Origin: Lama guanicoe | Lineage: Eukaryota | Assembly: GCA_013239625.1 (NCBI GenBank) | Contig: MU057350.1 | Coordinates: 2,294,001-2,358,000 of the forward strand | Length of the DNA: 64,000 nucleotides | Direction of reading: 5' to 3' | Shown: positions 1 to 13,439 of the stretch, piece by piece | Layout: every line of letters starts with the position of its first letter | How positions within the stretch are numbered: position 1 is the first letter of the stretch | Program-made: the position numbers and the translations under genes | Notes under the pieces: model-generated | Seen by the model: only the letters and a program-made list of their open reading frames with translations | Databases searched by the model: none | Told to the model about the DNA's origin: nothing

Positions 1-365
1 ACAGCAGGTGATCAACTGAGGGAGGCTGGCTGGCTTCCTCCTCACCCCTCTCAGACCTGCTTGTGGACTGGAGGACCATGTCAGTGGAACAAATGGAGGC
101 TTGGCCTCTGTAAGAACGCTGAGGTCAGGAAGTTGAGGATGCTTGTTTGGGTACCTGAAGACTGCTGAAGGACCCCAAAGTTGACACAGACTGAGCTCAC
201 TGAAGACCAGCACCAGGCCACGGGGCTCCTGCTCATCAAAGTTAAGAAGAGGGGAAGTCATACTCCTTTGTTCACACATCCAGGCCCCTCCAGACCTCAC
301 TCAGACCCCACCCAGCCAGGGAGAGGCCGGAGGGCTGAGAAATCTGAGGTTGAGCATTATCTGGA

Positions 366-915
366 GCAGCACTGTGCAACAGAGCATTCTGCAATGATGC
401 AGATGTTCTAAATGTCCAGTATGGTGGCCATGAGCCCCGTGTGGCTGTTAAGCACTTGAAACGTGCCCAGTGACCCTGAGAAAATGAAATATTTTTCAAT
501 TTTAATAATTATCTTTTATAGTAAAAAACAATTTAACAACATGAAAGGAGAATTTAAAATGGAAAAGAGTACCACTCATTATCCTTACACCCTTATATGA
601 AGTTGTTTGTATATTCTCTTTGAGTCTCTTTTCTCCTGCATATATTTTTACATTTTCAAAATCATAGAACACATACAAGATAAAATTCAACTTTTAATTA
701 TTTTATCTCTAGGGATATCTAGGAAGAGAGCTTAAATATTTATGAGTAAAGGGCAGTGAAAATAAACTTTTTTTTTTCTGAGAATTATTTTAAAGAATTA
801 AAAGGGAAAGCAAATCATATAGCTGTGTGGGGAATTGAATTTTAAATGTGAACTAATTAGCATTAAAAAGTAAATAGCCACAAGTGGCTAGTGGCTACCA
901 TCCTGGACAGTGAAT
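366..915. mobile_element. MER3-like hAT-Charlie MITE split by ~300 bp of intervening sequence
   Basis: 5' part 366-~520 (CAGCACTGTGCAACAGAGCATTCTGCAATGATG...AAGCACTTGAAA) and 3' part ~830-915 (AATAGCCACAAGTGGCTAGTGGCTACCATCCTGGACAG). Confidence 0.6.
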
Positions 916-2374
916 ATATTAGAGGGGCTATTTAATGTACTGGATTGAACTATTTTAAAGTAGAGAGGATGAAAAGGTGATGTTGCCCCTCTAACAAACG
1001 GTTATGGTAAAGAACAATGGGTTAATTACAGATCAAATAAATTACCTCTTCTCTGTGTATCCAATGGTTGTGACATACATTTGGGGCTTCACTCTATTAT
1101 TATTGCTATGAACATACGTTCATTGTCAAAAAATCTGGAAAATACAGATGAGCTAAAAGGAAAAATGAACACCTTTCGTCCCACCACTTCCCCTTTTATT
1201 TTAATGAATATCCGTCCAGTCCAGTCATATGTGTGTGAGTGTATGTATGTGTATGTATGATTATTTTTAAGAGTGGAATTATAGTGTCCTATTGCTTTAT
1301 AATTTGTTTTTCCCTTGAATTTTATCACAAGTGATCCCCAAATGAAAACACTGGGACTGTCTTCAGTGTTTCTGGGTCATGAATGATGCTTTGGTAAATG
1401 TCCTGGTGGCTGAATCTTTGTCCCCAGCCACGACTGTTTTCTTGGCTCCTTCTCTCCTGGGTTCCATGTCCCCTGACTTCTGTGAAGTCTTCTCCCTGGC
1501 ACATTCATTGTCCCCTTCCTTTCTACCAACCAATCCACCCTGCTCTTTCTCTCGCCCAAGAACCCCACCTTGTCGCACAGGAAGGAATCAGAGGAAGATA
1601 ATTTGCCTCACTTGAGTCTAGTTGAGTATTTACCATAATTAAGCCAGACAGGGACAGCAGGTCCCCTCTCTCCTGGTTGGGAGTGGGGTTCTTCTCTTGT
1701 CTCCGCATAAGATCTAAGAGGTAAAGGGGCCATATGGTTGTTTCCTGTTTATGGAAACCTCATCTTTCTTCACCTGCCCTTCCTGTTCCCGGCTTCCTGT
1801 CTTTACCTTCATGTGCCCCCCACGATTTCCTGCTCTGTGAGCTGCCATGAGTCTTCTCTGAGCTCACAATGGGAATGTTCTAGAGAATCCCCACCAGGTA
1901 GGATCTCTGTGTGTTCCATTTACTCGGCTATAAATGAGTTACAAAACCCCTTTCCAATCTGACAGATTTCCACAGTTTAGAACTATTTCCCCGGCCTGAC
2001 TCCACTCTCTCAGTGGCAAACCAGGGCTCTGCAGTCATCTCTCTGAGACAGACCCTTTAAATGACTAAACAATGACAAGAGTAAAGGAATAGGAAAGAGT
2101 CATTCATTGCTGACAATTAGCCTCACGTTGTATGAATCATCTGTCCCTGTTTGTATGCCAGGGTGATTAAGAAGTTACTGTAAAGAATTGCCATAAAAAT
2201 TATTTTATTCACTTTATTGTGAGAAGGCAATACATGCACAAGGCATGAAAGTAAGAAAACACGAGAAAGTACAGAGGGAAAAGTGATTCTCCTTTTTAGG
2301 ATACCTGCGATGTCTGGTGGGGACACCCCGCCATGTGTGCCAATGTGTATGTGGCTGCAGTGAGCTCGTAAAAG

Positions 2375-2615
2375 GTGGCTTGTCCAAACTAGCTGTGCTG
2401 TAAGTGTAAAACACACACTGTATTTTAAAGACTTATGAAAGGAAGCATGTAAAATATCTCATAAATAATTTTTGTATTGATTGCATGTTGAAGTGATAAT
2501 ATTTTGGATATTCTTAAGTGCATTTTTACCTGTTTCTTTTCTCTTTCTTTGTAACAAATAGAAGAAATGAAATTAACACAAGTGGCTCACGTTTGCAACT
2601 TGCATTTTATTTTAC
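2375..2615. mobile_element. MER33-like DNA transposon
   Basis: GTGCTGTAAGTGTAAAACACACACTG...TGCATGTTGAAGTGATAATATTTTGGATAT...GTGGCTCAC. Confidence 0.6.
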
Positions 2616-3104
2616 CCTAGTGGTGAACACTTAGGTTGTTTCTAATTTTCTCCTGCCAATTTTCACAGATGATGGAATAATAAATAGCCTTTTATGTATC
2701 ACACTGGTGCAGTTGGATTAACTAGATCAAAGAGTATTTATTTGCATTTAGTTTCGACAAGTGTTGTCAAGTTTGTCTCCTTAGAGGAATTATTCAGCAT
2801 ATATTTATGCCCACACTCCTTAATTCCCTAACACAGGTAATATCAAATATTTGTATCTTTGCCAAGCTGATAACTGGCAAACTATGTGGTTAGTTTATAC
2901 TACCTAGTCATATGTATTTGTTTAAAATAGGTCTTAGAAAAATAATTATTAATTTTGTGTAGCAGATTGTCATTTTCAAAGCCTTTTCATATGTTTTCTC
3001 GTAATTGAATTGACTTGCAATAACCTGGTGGTTTAATGGTTTTACCTAGAAGCAAACCAAAGCTGAGATAAGGAGGAGAAATGACCTTTGGGTGTGGTAA
3101 ATAC

Positions 3105-3345
3105 TTACATTCATTTCATTCTCAACACAATATGGAAGTGGATTTTATAGGCTTTGTTATTCCCATTTTACAGATGAGGACACTGAGGTTCCACATGGTC
3201 AAGTGACTCATAAATCACACAGCAAATAGAGGGGTTAATGGTGCAGCTTTGCTGTCAGACAAGCGTGAGTGAACTACTTTACTAGCTGTGTGAACTTGAA
3301 CAAGTGTATTCATATGTAAAATTGAGGGAGTAAAAGTATCTACCC
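3105..3345. mobile_element. Two MIR fragments in opposite orientation
   Basis: CCCATTTTACAGATGAGGACACTGAGG (minus) then ACTAGCTGTGTGAACTTGAACAAGT (plus). Confidence 0.6.
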
Positions 3346-3399
3346 CTCCCCTCCCCAAAGTACCTGCCCAGGGAAGGGGTAGTGTCAGAATTAACTGAG

Positions 3400-3648
3400 N
3401 NNNNNNNNNNNNNNNNNNNNNNNNNNNNNNNNNNNNNNNNNNNNNNNNNNNNNNNNNNNNNNNNNNNNNNNNNNNNNNNNNNNNNNNNNNNNNNNNNNNN
3501 NNNNNNNNNNNNNNNNNNNNNNNNNNNNNNNNNNNNNNNNNNNNNNNNNNNNNNNNNNNNNNNNNNNNNNNNNNNNNNNNNNNNNNNNNNNNNNNNNNNN
3601 NNNNNNNNNNNNNNNNNNNNNNNNNNNNNNNNNNNNNNNNNNNNNNNN
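3400..3648. other. Assembly gap
   Basis: Run of N. Confidence 1.
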
Positions 3649-5384
3649 CCAGGACCCAGGTTTCCCGAGCTCCCACTTCATTTTCTCCATCCTAGTGACT
3701 CAGTCCCTCTGGGCAGTAAGCCTCAGTCTTCTGACCCAGTTATTATCTTTGTGCGAGTTGGGGGAAGGGCAGGAGCTGGTGGGGCAGGGGTAGTTATTTC
3801 CAGGTTTCCATATGCCTGTCACCTCCTCTCCAGCTAGGGAAGGGGTTGACCCTTTCAGTACCCAATTATCTACTTCATCAAATGGATCATGGGGTAGTAT
3901 TGATAAAGTGGAGACTCATACAAGCTTTGACATCTTGGAGCAAAATAAGTTGCAAGCCGCAGGGACTTGTGAACGGAAAGGTGACGCTTGCACTGGGGAT
4001 CCGTGTGGAGTTAGCCACAGCGCAGGCACACTGTTGGTTAGGGTAAGCCAGTCATCGTATATTTAGATGGCCCCCAAATCAAGTAAATAATTATAATCCA
4101 GTGAACTACAATTGTGAAATTGAGCAGAACCCTGTGTGATTTTAGGAGGGTCTTTATTCTTTCCCTTTCAAAAAAAAAAAATGACAGGAAGTAAGTGATC
4201 AGGTAGCGCAGGAACAATAGCCTTTTCCTGGAAGAGTGGCTCTGAAGTGATGACTAAACGTTCAGACACGCTGGGCTTAACCGGCAGAGGCTGGGGCCGT
4301 GGCCCCAGGAGAGAGGGGCCAGAGGTGACTTACGGGAGAGGGACAGAGCTGCTGTTCAGCTGAAGTGTGTTACCAACTACTCCCTGTCTGGTGGAAATAA
4401 GTGAGAGGTTACGGCAAGGTTACTTTGGACCTGGAGACCATCAAGTTGTTAATTGGCAAAAACTGCTACCCGACTCGAAGCCTTTAAAAAGTTCTTAGTA
4501 TCAGGCAGGAACAGGCAGGAGCGGCTGCTTTCATTTGCTTCAATAAAGGAAACCTCCTACAGGTCTTTGGAACCTCTCAAAGATGGTAGCACCACCAGCC
4601 AACAGCGAAGCTCTGTTGGCCTGTTGGTCGTCTGTCTTTTAATCCACTGAATTCCGTGTTTTGAAAGATTTTGCATGACTAGCAGCATTTATTAAGCCAA
4701 GGGTTGTTTTTCTGTTTATAATTAATCGTAATTTGTGAAAAAGAAAACTACTGCTCTGAGTGTCTTAGCCTGCTGTAGTCCATGTTATCACCTCGAATTA
4801 ATGTAATTTGGGGCACGAGCAGAGACGCGCGATGCTCAGGCAATCCTAAACCACTTTCTTCCAAATGGGTGATTCTTCCTAGGTTTTGTGAAATGTTGAA
4901 AAACCCCTCGGGAGCCCCTTGTTTTAGCTCCTCAGACCCTTTAGGAAATAAGGAGCCTTCACGTCTGTTTTGCAAACTAAGGAAAGGAGGGGGTTCCTTT
5001 CCAATAGAACATCAGATTCAAGTACCATCAATGTTTTTATCTCTTTGAGAAATATTTAAAGATGAGAAAGAAAAAAATCATTCATAATCTGACCTCTTAA
5101 ATTATATAAGAAGAGAGTCTTCTCTCATTCCATGTTCTTGAGTTAACACTGTGAAATAAAAAGATGTGTATTCCCCTCATTTCCTTTGGTAACTGTGTAA
5201 TTTTATATATATATACACACACACACATATATATAAAGTTATATAGTTATATATTTATACATCTACTCTCTTTAAACAGAATGGGATGCAATTTGCTGTT
5301 TTTTACTTGATTCTCCATCAGCACATAGAATTATTCCTCTTTAAAAGTGGTTATAACATAGTTGACATTTAGCAAAGTTTATTA

Positions 5385-5560
5385 TGTGCTATTTATTCTT
5401 CTAAACATTTCCAAGTATAACTCACTTAATCCTTAAAATCCTCTAAGGGAATCACTTTTCTCGTTCCCATTTTATAGAGGGAAGAGACGGAGACATTGAG
5501 AGTGATTTGCCTGGGATCCTTCACCATTAGTGCAGCCAGGACCCCAGCTCAGGCAGTTCT
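5385..5560 (-). mobile_element. MIR
   Basis: AACTCACTTAATCCT...CCCATTTTATAGAGG core. Confidence 0.55.
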
Positions 5561-6211
5561 GCTCTGTCACCCACACAACTCACTCCATCGCTCACATGTG
5601 CGGCCACTGTGCCACGGACGGATCACAGCTTAGGCAGCCATTCCAATTTTTTTCTTCTTTGTTATTTCAGAGTTTAATGAACACCTTTGTACATACATCT
5701 TTATGTCCTTTTGCTTTTCTCTCTGAGGTGTTAGCTCCTAGAAGTGGGATTGCTGGGTCAAAGGACAGATGTATATACAATTTAAATTAAATTTATTTTT
5801 TGAGCACCTACTGGGTGCCAAATACATTTTCCCATTTACCATCCTATTGCAATCTCATGCAGTCTCATGTATATTTATTATGATCGTCCTCATAACTGGT
5901 AAAGCTTCCTCCTGAATCCCACACCTAATCCCAACATGAAGTCCCAATCCCAGTCTCCTGGTTCCACATCTTGCTTCATGAAATCCACTGTACTCTACCT
6001 TCTAGTGCTATAATCACAATGGTTTTTTTCTTTTGTGTGATTTTTTCTTGGGAGCCAGAATTTAAGCTTAAACCACCAAGCCAGTCATTGCCATAGGGTC
6101 TCTGTTCTCTCTCAGTTGAGACAGGGATTTGTGCTTCTGGAAAAAATCAGTATTTCTTTTGAGTTAATGTAACTAGAAGTGTGTTGATCTTGCAAAATGA
6201 CTCCTATAGTT

Positions 6212-6532
6212 TTTTTCTTCCTGTTTGAGATATAATTGACATATAGCATTGTATACATTTAAGATGTACAGCATCATAATTTGACATATCAGCATCATGA
6301 AATGATTCTCACAAGTTCAGTGAATATCCATCATCTCATATAGATACAAAGTAAAAGAAAAAGAAAAACAGTGTTTTCCTTATGATGAAAACTCTCAGGA
6401 TTCCCTCTCCTAACGATGTTCACATACACCATACAGCAGTGTTGATTATGTTAATCATGTTGCACCTGACATCCCTGGTACTTATTTATCTTATAACTGG
6501 AAGTTTCTGCCTTTTGACCACCTTCGTCCAAT
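6212..6532 (-). mobile_element. 5'-truncated L1 3' end
   Basis: TTTGAGATATAATTGACATATAGCATTGTATAC...ACTTATTTATCTTATAACTGGAAGTTT; degenerate TSD CCT(A/G)TAGTTTT. Confidence 0.75.
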
Positions 6533-6759
6533 CCCTGTAGTTTTAATTATTCCTAATGTTTTAACATGCTTTACATTAAAGAATACAATCTATACAATTT
6601 TTTAAAAACCATGTGTTTGCATTGCAGACATTCTAAAAAGAGAATCATAGCTTTACTAAAAAATATAAACATCGTCCAATCATGGAACAACAGATTAGGC
6701 CATGTGTGAATTTTCTAGGTTTCTTCTTGTCTCTTCTCCATTTTTGTGTGATGTCACTG

Positions 6760-6930
6760 CTCTGCTACTTGTTAACAAGTTAACCTTGGGCAAGCTAAGC
6801 CAAATTTCCTCATCTGGAAAATAACAAAAGTATCCCATTCTGTGTAATAATTGTGAGGACTGAACCAACTAATTGGCGTCCAGCATCTGACGCTGTGCCT
6901 GGCACCCAGGTGGCCTGAATCAGCGTTAGC
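6760..6930 (+). mobile_element. MIR
   Basis: ACCTTGGGCAAG...TTTCCTCATCTGGAAAAT...GTGCCTGGCAC. Confidence 0.65.
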
Positions 6931-8129
6931 AGGGAGCAGTGGCAGCGGCACAAACCACGTCAAGACCGGACAGTTTGCTGGCAATCAAACCAGGTTCAGT
7001 CTGCAATATTTCCAAAAGAGAGGATGGAGAAGGCCTCTTATGATTCAAATGAGCTTATTTGGCTTTTGGAGTGAGTGGGGTGAGAAGACGCGAGCATGAA
7101 ATAAAGCTGACCACTAAGTGGGTGCCACCGACAGCCCCTTCCCAGGTGCCCTCCTCTGGAAAACCTCCTCCAGGTCCCCGCCAGCTTCTCTGACCAGCTG
7201 GCCTCTCTACATCCTCCTCCCTTCACGGTTCCATCTTTAACCTTTTCCATTTCTCATCTACTGTTTCTCACTGGTGATCTATTTATGCTTGGGTGGTTAT
7301 AGAAACTTCTGGAATAATTAAGGATAGAGAAGAAGGAAGTGATTTTATGTTATGAAGATGGTAGGAGAGAGGGTTGGGAATGTTGACTAACTTGGAGATG
7401 GGAGCAGGGCAGGAAGGAATTCAGTTTAAAATGTCAGCTTTTGGATTTGATATTCACCACTGGCTTTATGAGTTTGGGGTTAATTGAGTCTTTTTGCCAA
7501 AATGATAAAATGCTCCCCTTTTGCATCTGGGGTAAGTTGATATGGATTAATCAGACTCTGTGTGTCAAGGAGTGTATTACCTATCTAGGTGTGTGTGTGG
7601 GAGCAGGTCCACCAGATGTGAAAGTCAAATTAGTCCACGAAGTTGCTCCCTGCAGCTAGGGTGAAGGTTTATCTGGGAAAGAGAATCTGTTGGCTTAAAC
7701 AACTCTTTGGTTTTAATCCATGGTTCCCATAGTCTCTGAATTTAATAATTAAGAGTTGGCTCTATACCAGTAACGTGGAAGCTTCAGAATTAATATGGGG
7801 GAGTTTGGGTGAATAATGTTTTGATGCTTCCTATTACCTGTAGATGGCTGTTGGGTCTTATAGACTAGCCAGGAAATCTCATGAAAAGAACTCCTTTGTT
7901 GATATATTGGCTCCTGTTTTATTGTGTTTGGTGCACTGATCTAATGAACGTAATTTTTACTTATGGGTTGGACTGAGAAGCTGAGGAGCTCAATACTGAA
8001 AAAAAGGACTAGGGGAAAATGAATTAATGAAACCTCACCAAGGTCTGAGTGAAGAATGCCTGTCCAGTGACCTTCTTCTGCACAGAGTCTGGCTCTTTCT
8101 TTTGGAAAGTGGCATCTCCCTGACACTGA

Positions 8130-8590
8130 TCTTATGGTTTGGATGGAGATAGTACTACCCTCTGTTTCTAGTGGGAACTCAGTTCCAACCAGTGAGAACT
8201 CCACATCCCTCTAGCCACAGAAACTAATCCTGGGGTTGGCCCTTGACCAATGCCAGAACAGACAGAGTCAGTCCTGAGCCTCTTCCTCAAGAGCCTCTTA
8301 CTTATTCTTGGGAGAGGGACCATTTCTTTCTGTTGGGATTACTAAACTGATAGCAGGTACACCCAGACCTGCTGGACACCATCTTGCTGCTACAGAATAG
8401 CCTTCCAGAGAAGAAATCCAATGTGAAGGGAAGAGCCAGGGATGGATACTAATTCCTCATGGCACCATGTGAGTATCTGGGCCCAGTCATACTTCAAGTC
8501 AGAATGACTTGGATGTTTGTTATACAAACAAATAAAAAGTCTTTTGTTGTTGTTGTTGAAGTCAGTAATAACTTGACTTCTAAGTCTTCT
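8130..8590 (+). mobile_element. Old ERVL/MaLR-type solo LTR (MLT1/LTR16-like)
   Basis: TGACCAATGCCAG...AGAGTCAGTCCTG, CCATCTTGCTGCTACA, AATAAA near the 3' end; subfamily uncertain. Confidence 0.4.
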
Positions 8591-9529
8591 GTACCCAGAA
8601 AGGGAGAATCTATCAATATACAAATTTATAGCCTAGAGAAATAAATGTCAGATTCTGTTAATTTTCATGGTGTTGAAAAAAGAAAAATATCTCAGTGATG
8701 AGACTGTTTTCCTATTGGCTAGTTTCCAAAATGTGTCTGGATGAGGAATCACATTGTTCTTTTTCTTGCTCTAAAATGTATTTCTGACAGCCACATAGTG
8801 TTCAGATAGCCGACGATCATGGAGAAATCCCCTGTCTGGTCAGCCTTATCGTGCTCAGCGGATCTCTGTTTTACAAAGACTAGGTGTCCCTTTTCCCTCT
8901 TTTGTCTTTGCTTTACGCATCCTATGTCTTATATGGAGCCCTGTGGAAGCCAAGTTTCTCTTTTCAGATGAGCATCTCCCCTTGTTAACACGTGAGTCAC
9001 ACTGACAGTGCAGACTGTCCTTACCCTCCAGGTCCTGAGGTAAAGACAAGGCTTAATGACAAGGGGGCATAGAAATAGGAACTTCTTTACTCCAGATGTC
9101 TGCTTTACACTATAGAAAACCCTGCTCGATTGATAAAAATTTATTTCATATTCTGTACCAGTTTGCAGTGTTAGATGAGACCCAACACTGGCCTGAGCAT
9201 CTCTAGATTAGGGGTTGGGAACTCAAGTGCCTACAGGTGCTAGGCAGCTGGCAGAGCTGGGTGAAGTGGACCAGGTTGGGGCTGAGTGCTTGCTTGCTTG
9301 TTTGCATGACTGAAGGGAGCTGTCACCATTCAGCACCATCCGAGGGCCATGTGCATGTGCAGCGTGGGCTCTGTGCTGCTGGATCTTATATGCTTCACCA
9401 GAGGTCCTGGAACCCAGAAGTCATCAGTTTGCAACCACTGACTTGATAATAACATCAGTGATTGTTCCAGGTGGCTGGATGTTGGGTTATATTTAAACCT
9501 AATTTAGTTTACTTTGAATGGTATCCAAA

Positions 9530-10075
9530 GCATCGTGGTTTAGAGCACAGACTCTGGTGTCAGGCCGACCTGGGTTTGTGGCCTGGCTTTGACACTTACT
9601 AACGTCGTGACCTTAGCCAATGAATTTAACATCTTGGAGATGCTGTCTCCACATTTGTAAAATGGGGTTGCATCTGCCTTGTTGGTGGGCTTAGGGGCAG
9701 CAGAACTTGACATTAAATGGCATGATATTCTTAAAACTCTTAGGCAGTGGTTTTGTAAAGCTTTCATAAATGCTGGCAACTCTATGACTAGAGCTAACAG
9801 AAATCCATGTAAGATGTTTTTTGTATTCTCAGAAGCAGAAAGTCAAAGAGACAATATTATGTTGTGGTTAAGAGTGGGACAAACCCTCAAGTCAGTCTTG
9901 CTCTCTGTCCAGACATGAGCCTTTAGCCACAGTTTTCTCATCTGTAAAATGGAGATCTGAGGTTGTCTATCCCAAAAGACTCTGCAGATTACACGACTTA
10001 ACACTTATAACTGAGTTAACATTCCTAAACATTTAGAACAGAGCCTGACACACAGTAAGGGCTATGGGAGTGGAA
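9530..10075 (+). mobile_element. Two tandem MIRs (~9530-9780, ~9860-10075)
   Basis: GTGGTTTAGAGCACAGACTCTGG...ACTTACTAA; TTTTCTCATCTGTAAAATGG...AGAACAGAGCCTGACACACAGTAAG. Confidence 0.7.
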
Positions 10076-10599
10076 GTTTATAATACTATGATTGCAATGA
10101 TGTTTTAACAGCTCTTAAAACTTTGTCACTTGAGTAAGACTGTATACACACTCTAGAACTTATGGTTTGCATTATGCTAACTTTAATAGCACCTGGTGCA
10201 ATTATTTTTAACTTAAAGAGTTGGAAAAGTTTACTTACTGTTATAAGGGCCACTTCAAATCCATTGTGAAAGGTATAAAATGTAGAGTATAAAAATGAAT
10301 GCAATTATGTCAAGTTCTTTAAAAGCTGGTTTTACAAAATTCACCTAGAAAAGAGGTAGATTAGGGGAAAAAAAAATTTGTTGAGAGCCTGTCTTGTGTA
10401 ATGCATATGGTTAGGCCTAAACACAAAGCTAAAACAATAAATGGGGAAGGTAAACATCTCTGTTTCAAGACAAAGTCCATGTCCACACATGCTAGCATAT
10501 GGTCCCGGTGAGAGCATTTCCTGAGATCTGTTTCTACCCTCAGAAGCTACCTGGTAGTGCTGGTGTACAGGGGATGAAGATCAGTAGTGAGCTCAGAAG

Positions 10600-10817
10600 T
10601 GAGATTTGCAAATGTTAGCCACTATATGTAAAAATAGAATTTAAAAAACTCAGATTTCTTCTGTACAGCACAGGGAACTATATTTAATATCTTGTAATAA
10701 CCTTTAATGAAAAAGAATATGAAAACGAATAAAGTACATGTGTATACATGACAGGGACCTTGTGCTTTACACCAGAAATTGACATATTGTAACTGACTAT
10801 ACTTCAATTAAAAAAAA
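10600..10817 (+). mobile_element. Lineage-specific L1 3' end with poly(A)
   Basis: TCTGTACAGCACAGGGAACTATATTTAATATCTTGTAATAACC...TTGTAACTGACTATACTTCAATTAAAAAAAA. Confidence 0.8.
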
Positions 10818-13439
10818 GTCATAGGAGACCACCACCACCACCAGCACGAACAACAACAAAAAAGACAGACACGAGTTGTCCCCAGGGCACAGCGTCCGGC
10901 GCCACAGGGACCAAGTCTGGTGTGAGGAGCGCAGCCTGGATGCATGGTGGGAAAGGGGACCAGGGTTGGAGGCAGGCAAGCTCACTTGCACGCTGGGTTC
11001 TTTTTCCCAAAGTTGAGGGTGACAGTGTGCCTCAAAAAGATTTCGATCTGAATTTTGTGAGTGTCTGAAAGTAGGTGAAACTGACATCTTCTGCCCTGGC
11101 TGGAAGCGCGTGTGGCTGCACAGATCTGGGAGCCCATGCAGGGGCCCTGGCGCGGGCAGGGGCCCCGGGAGAAGCAAAACGATCAAGGTCCCTGGGGTGA
11201 GTGGTGCTGCATCCCCAGTGAGGGCTTCAGGGTCCAGCGTTTGGACTCTGAGGAACCTGGGCCACTGGCTTGCCCGGCATCATAGAAGCCAAATGGGAGA
11301 GGCCCACAGTGTCACCCTCCATGGAGATCAGACCAGCTCGGGGCCACCTGCCCAGGGCCTTCAGACAGAGGCCCAAGCACATCCTGTCGAGGCCTCCATG
11401 AGGTCACAGCCCCCCGCAGCCCTGCTGGCCCACAAAAGGGGACCACCACCTCATAGTGCATGGACAGGGATACTCTCCTCGCCCCCTGCTCCGTCCCCCA
11501 ACTCCAAGCTCAGGGCCACCCTCAACTGCCTGCTCCGGAAAGGAATGGCGCTAACTGCTTTATCAACCAAAAAGGGATGGAAAGTTAGGGAATCGGCCTG
11601 AGATGTGATTAAGGGAGGTACTTTCCAGCTGGGAAAGGGGGAAGGCCATTGTCCACAGAGCAGCTGGTAGCACTTATTTGAAAAAGTAGAAACATTTCAT
11701 GTATATACACGTCTGATGAATTTAAAGTTTCCACTCACCAGTTACACACCCACAGGCCAGGCCGCTTTTGTAGGTCAGTGGGAGGGGGTGGTTGTGTGGG
11801 AGCGCTGGTTTACTTGTGGGGTGATCTCAGGTGAGCAGAGTCATTTAACTTCCCTGAGACTCAGCTTCTTCTTTGTTAATTTGAGGGTGGCAATAACCTC
11901 TTAGCTACTTCACAGGATTCTGTTTAGGGGCAGCTGAGGCAATTTCTGAGTGAAAGATCTTTATGAATGACCAAGTATTGTATAAACTTTAGCTATTGTT
12001 AGATAAATTTCAAATTCACTCCTCTACATGTTGTCTGATTCATTTCGTGATTTAGGGTTTAAATGCTGACAACGCAGAGTTATATATTCAGCTCAATTTG
12101 ATAAATATTTATTGAAGACTCCTGTTGTAAGGAGCTGTCTGTATGATTTGATCAGTGTGGACAGCTGGTCTGAATAACGTGAGCCTCCTTCATGATTTTG
12201 TCAATGGTTTTTGGGAGGTTTGGGTGTATATTGCTGACACATCATCTTTAACTGTCCAGTTCATTTTTGCCAGGATTGCCTGTTGATCTTCCATTTTTTA
12301 CTGTGGAAAATATCTGTTATGATAAATAACTGGCTTTGTTTCCATGTTATTTCCTACATGTAACTCATTGTTATTTAGAACTTTAATTGAACATCATTAA
12401 ATAGTTTAATGTGGGGTTTCATATTTCAAGCTTAATCAACTTTGTTCAAGGGGGAAATATAATTTTATTATATACTTTCTTTCAGGTCAGATTATTTTCA
12501 AATAATTGAATTAGGTTAAATATATCAAATAGGTACATAAACTTGAGAACTTAAAGGGAGGAAAATCTTTCCCCAAACAACTGCATAACAGTTTGAAGGA
12601 GGAAAAAGCCCAACATTGTATTTCAAGATAAAGAAGTAGACTTTAGGATAACTAGTAATTTAAAGAATTGATCCTATAGCTTGAATTCTACATTGTAATC
12701 TCATTATAATTAAATCCAAAGAACTATTTTCTCCCTTTTGGAAGTCCAACTGCATGTATGATTTCTGCATTGTTCTAAAAGTGTAATCATACACTGCCTC
12801 ATATTACTTCAGTTTATTGCCTAACATTATTCTAACAGGAAAGGCAGTCCTTCAAGGGGTGAGGTTGTATGGCTCATTCTTACACATCTCCACTCATGCA
12901 CAGCACAGCACAGCACTGAGCCCCAGATAACTGCATAATATGTATCTTTGACTTGGTTAATGGTCCTGATGCTTTGGTTGTACTGTGATTTGTTTCTGTT
13001 GGGCCAGATACTATTATCCCTAATTTAGCTAAATACTCCATTGTCAACTTAGACTTTTTATAAATTTCAACCTCTTATAAATTACCTTGGGCTGTCAGGC
13101 TTCTATAACAATTTCTAGGAGGTTATGACATCCCTTCTTTAATCTATATAAGATTGAAAGAATAAAGCCTCTTAGAATAGTTCAGAATGCACTCATTGTG
13201 AGCAACTGAAGAAATAAAGCTGGAGAAATACCTTGCAAGTGATGCCCAGACAACACATCCACTGCCCTTTGCTTTGGGTTTTGGTTTGAGGTTCATCTCC
13301 TTAAAGGGAGCCATCTTGAATGATATTTAGCTTCTAGTTTCACTCTAGGGAGGGAGAGGGGGAAGTATGAGTGATGCTTCCTCCATCACTGATCACTTTG
13401 GTGACATAAAAGGATTAAGGCAAGTGTTTTCTCCTAGGC

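Noticed and set aside
3215-3837. ORFs containing long X runs (also near 20300, 27400, 43500, 54900)
   Set aside because: Artefacts of translating N-gaps.
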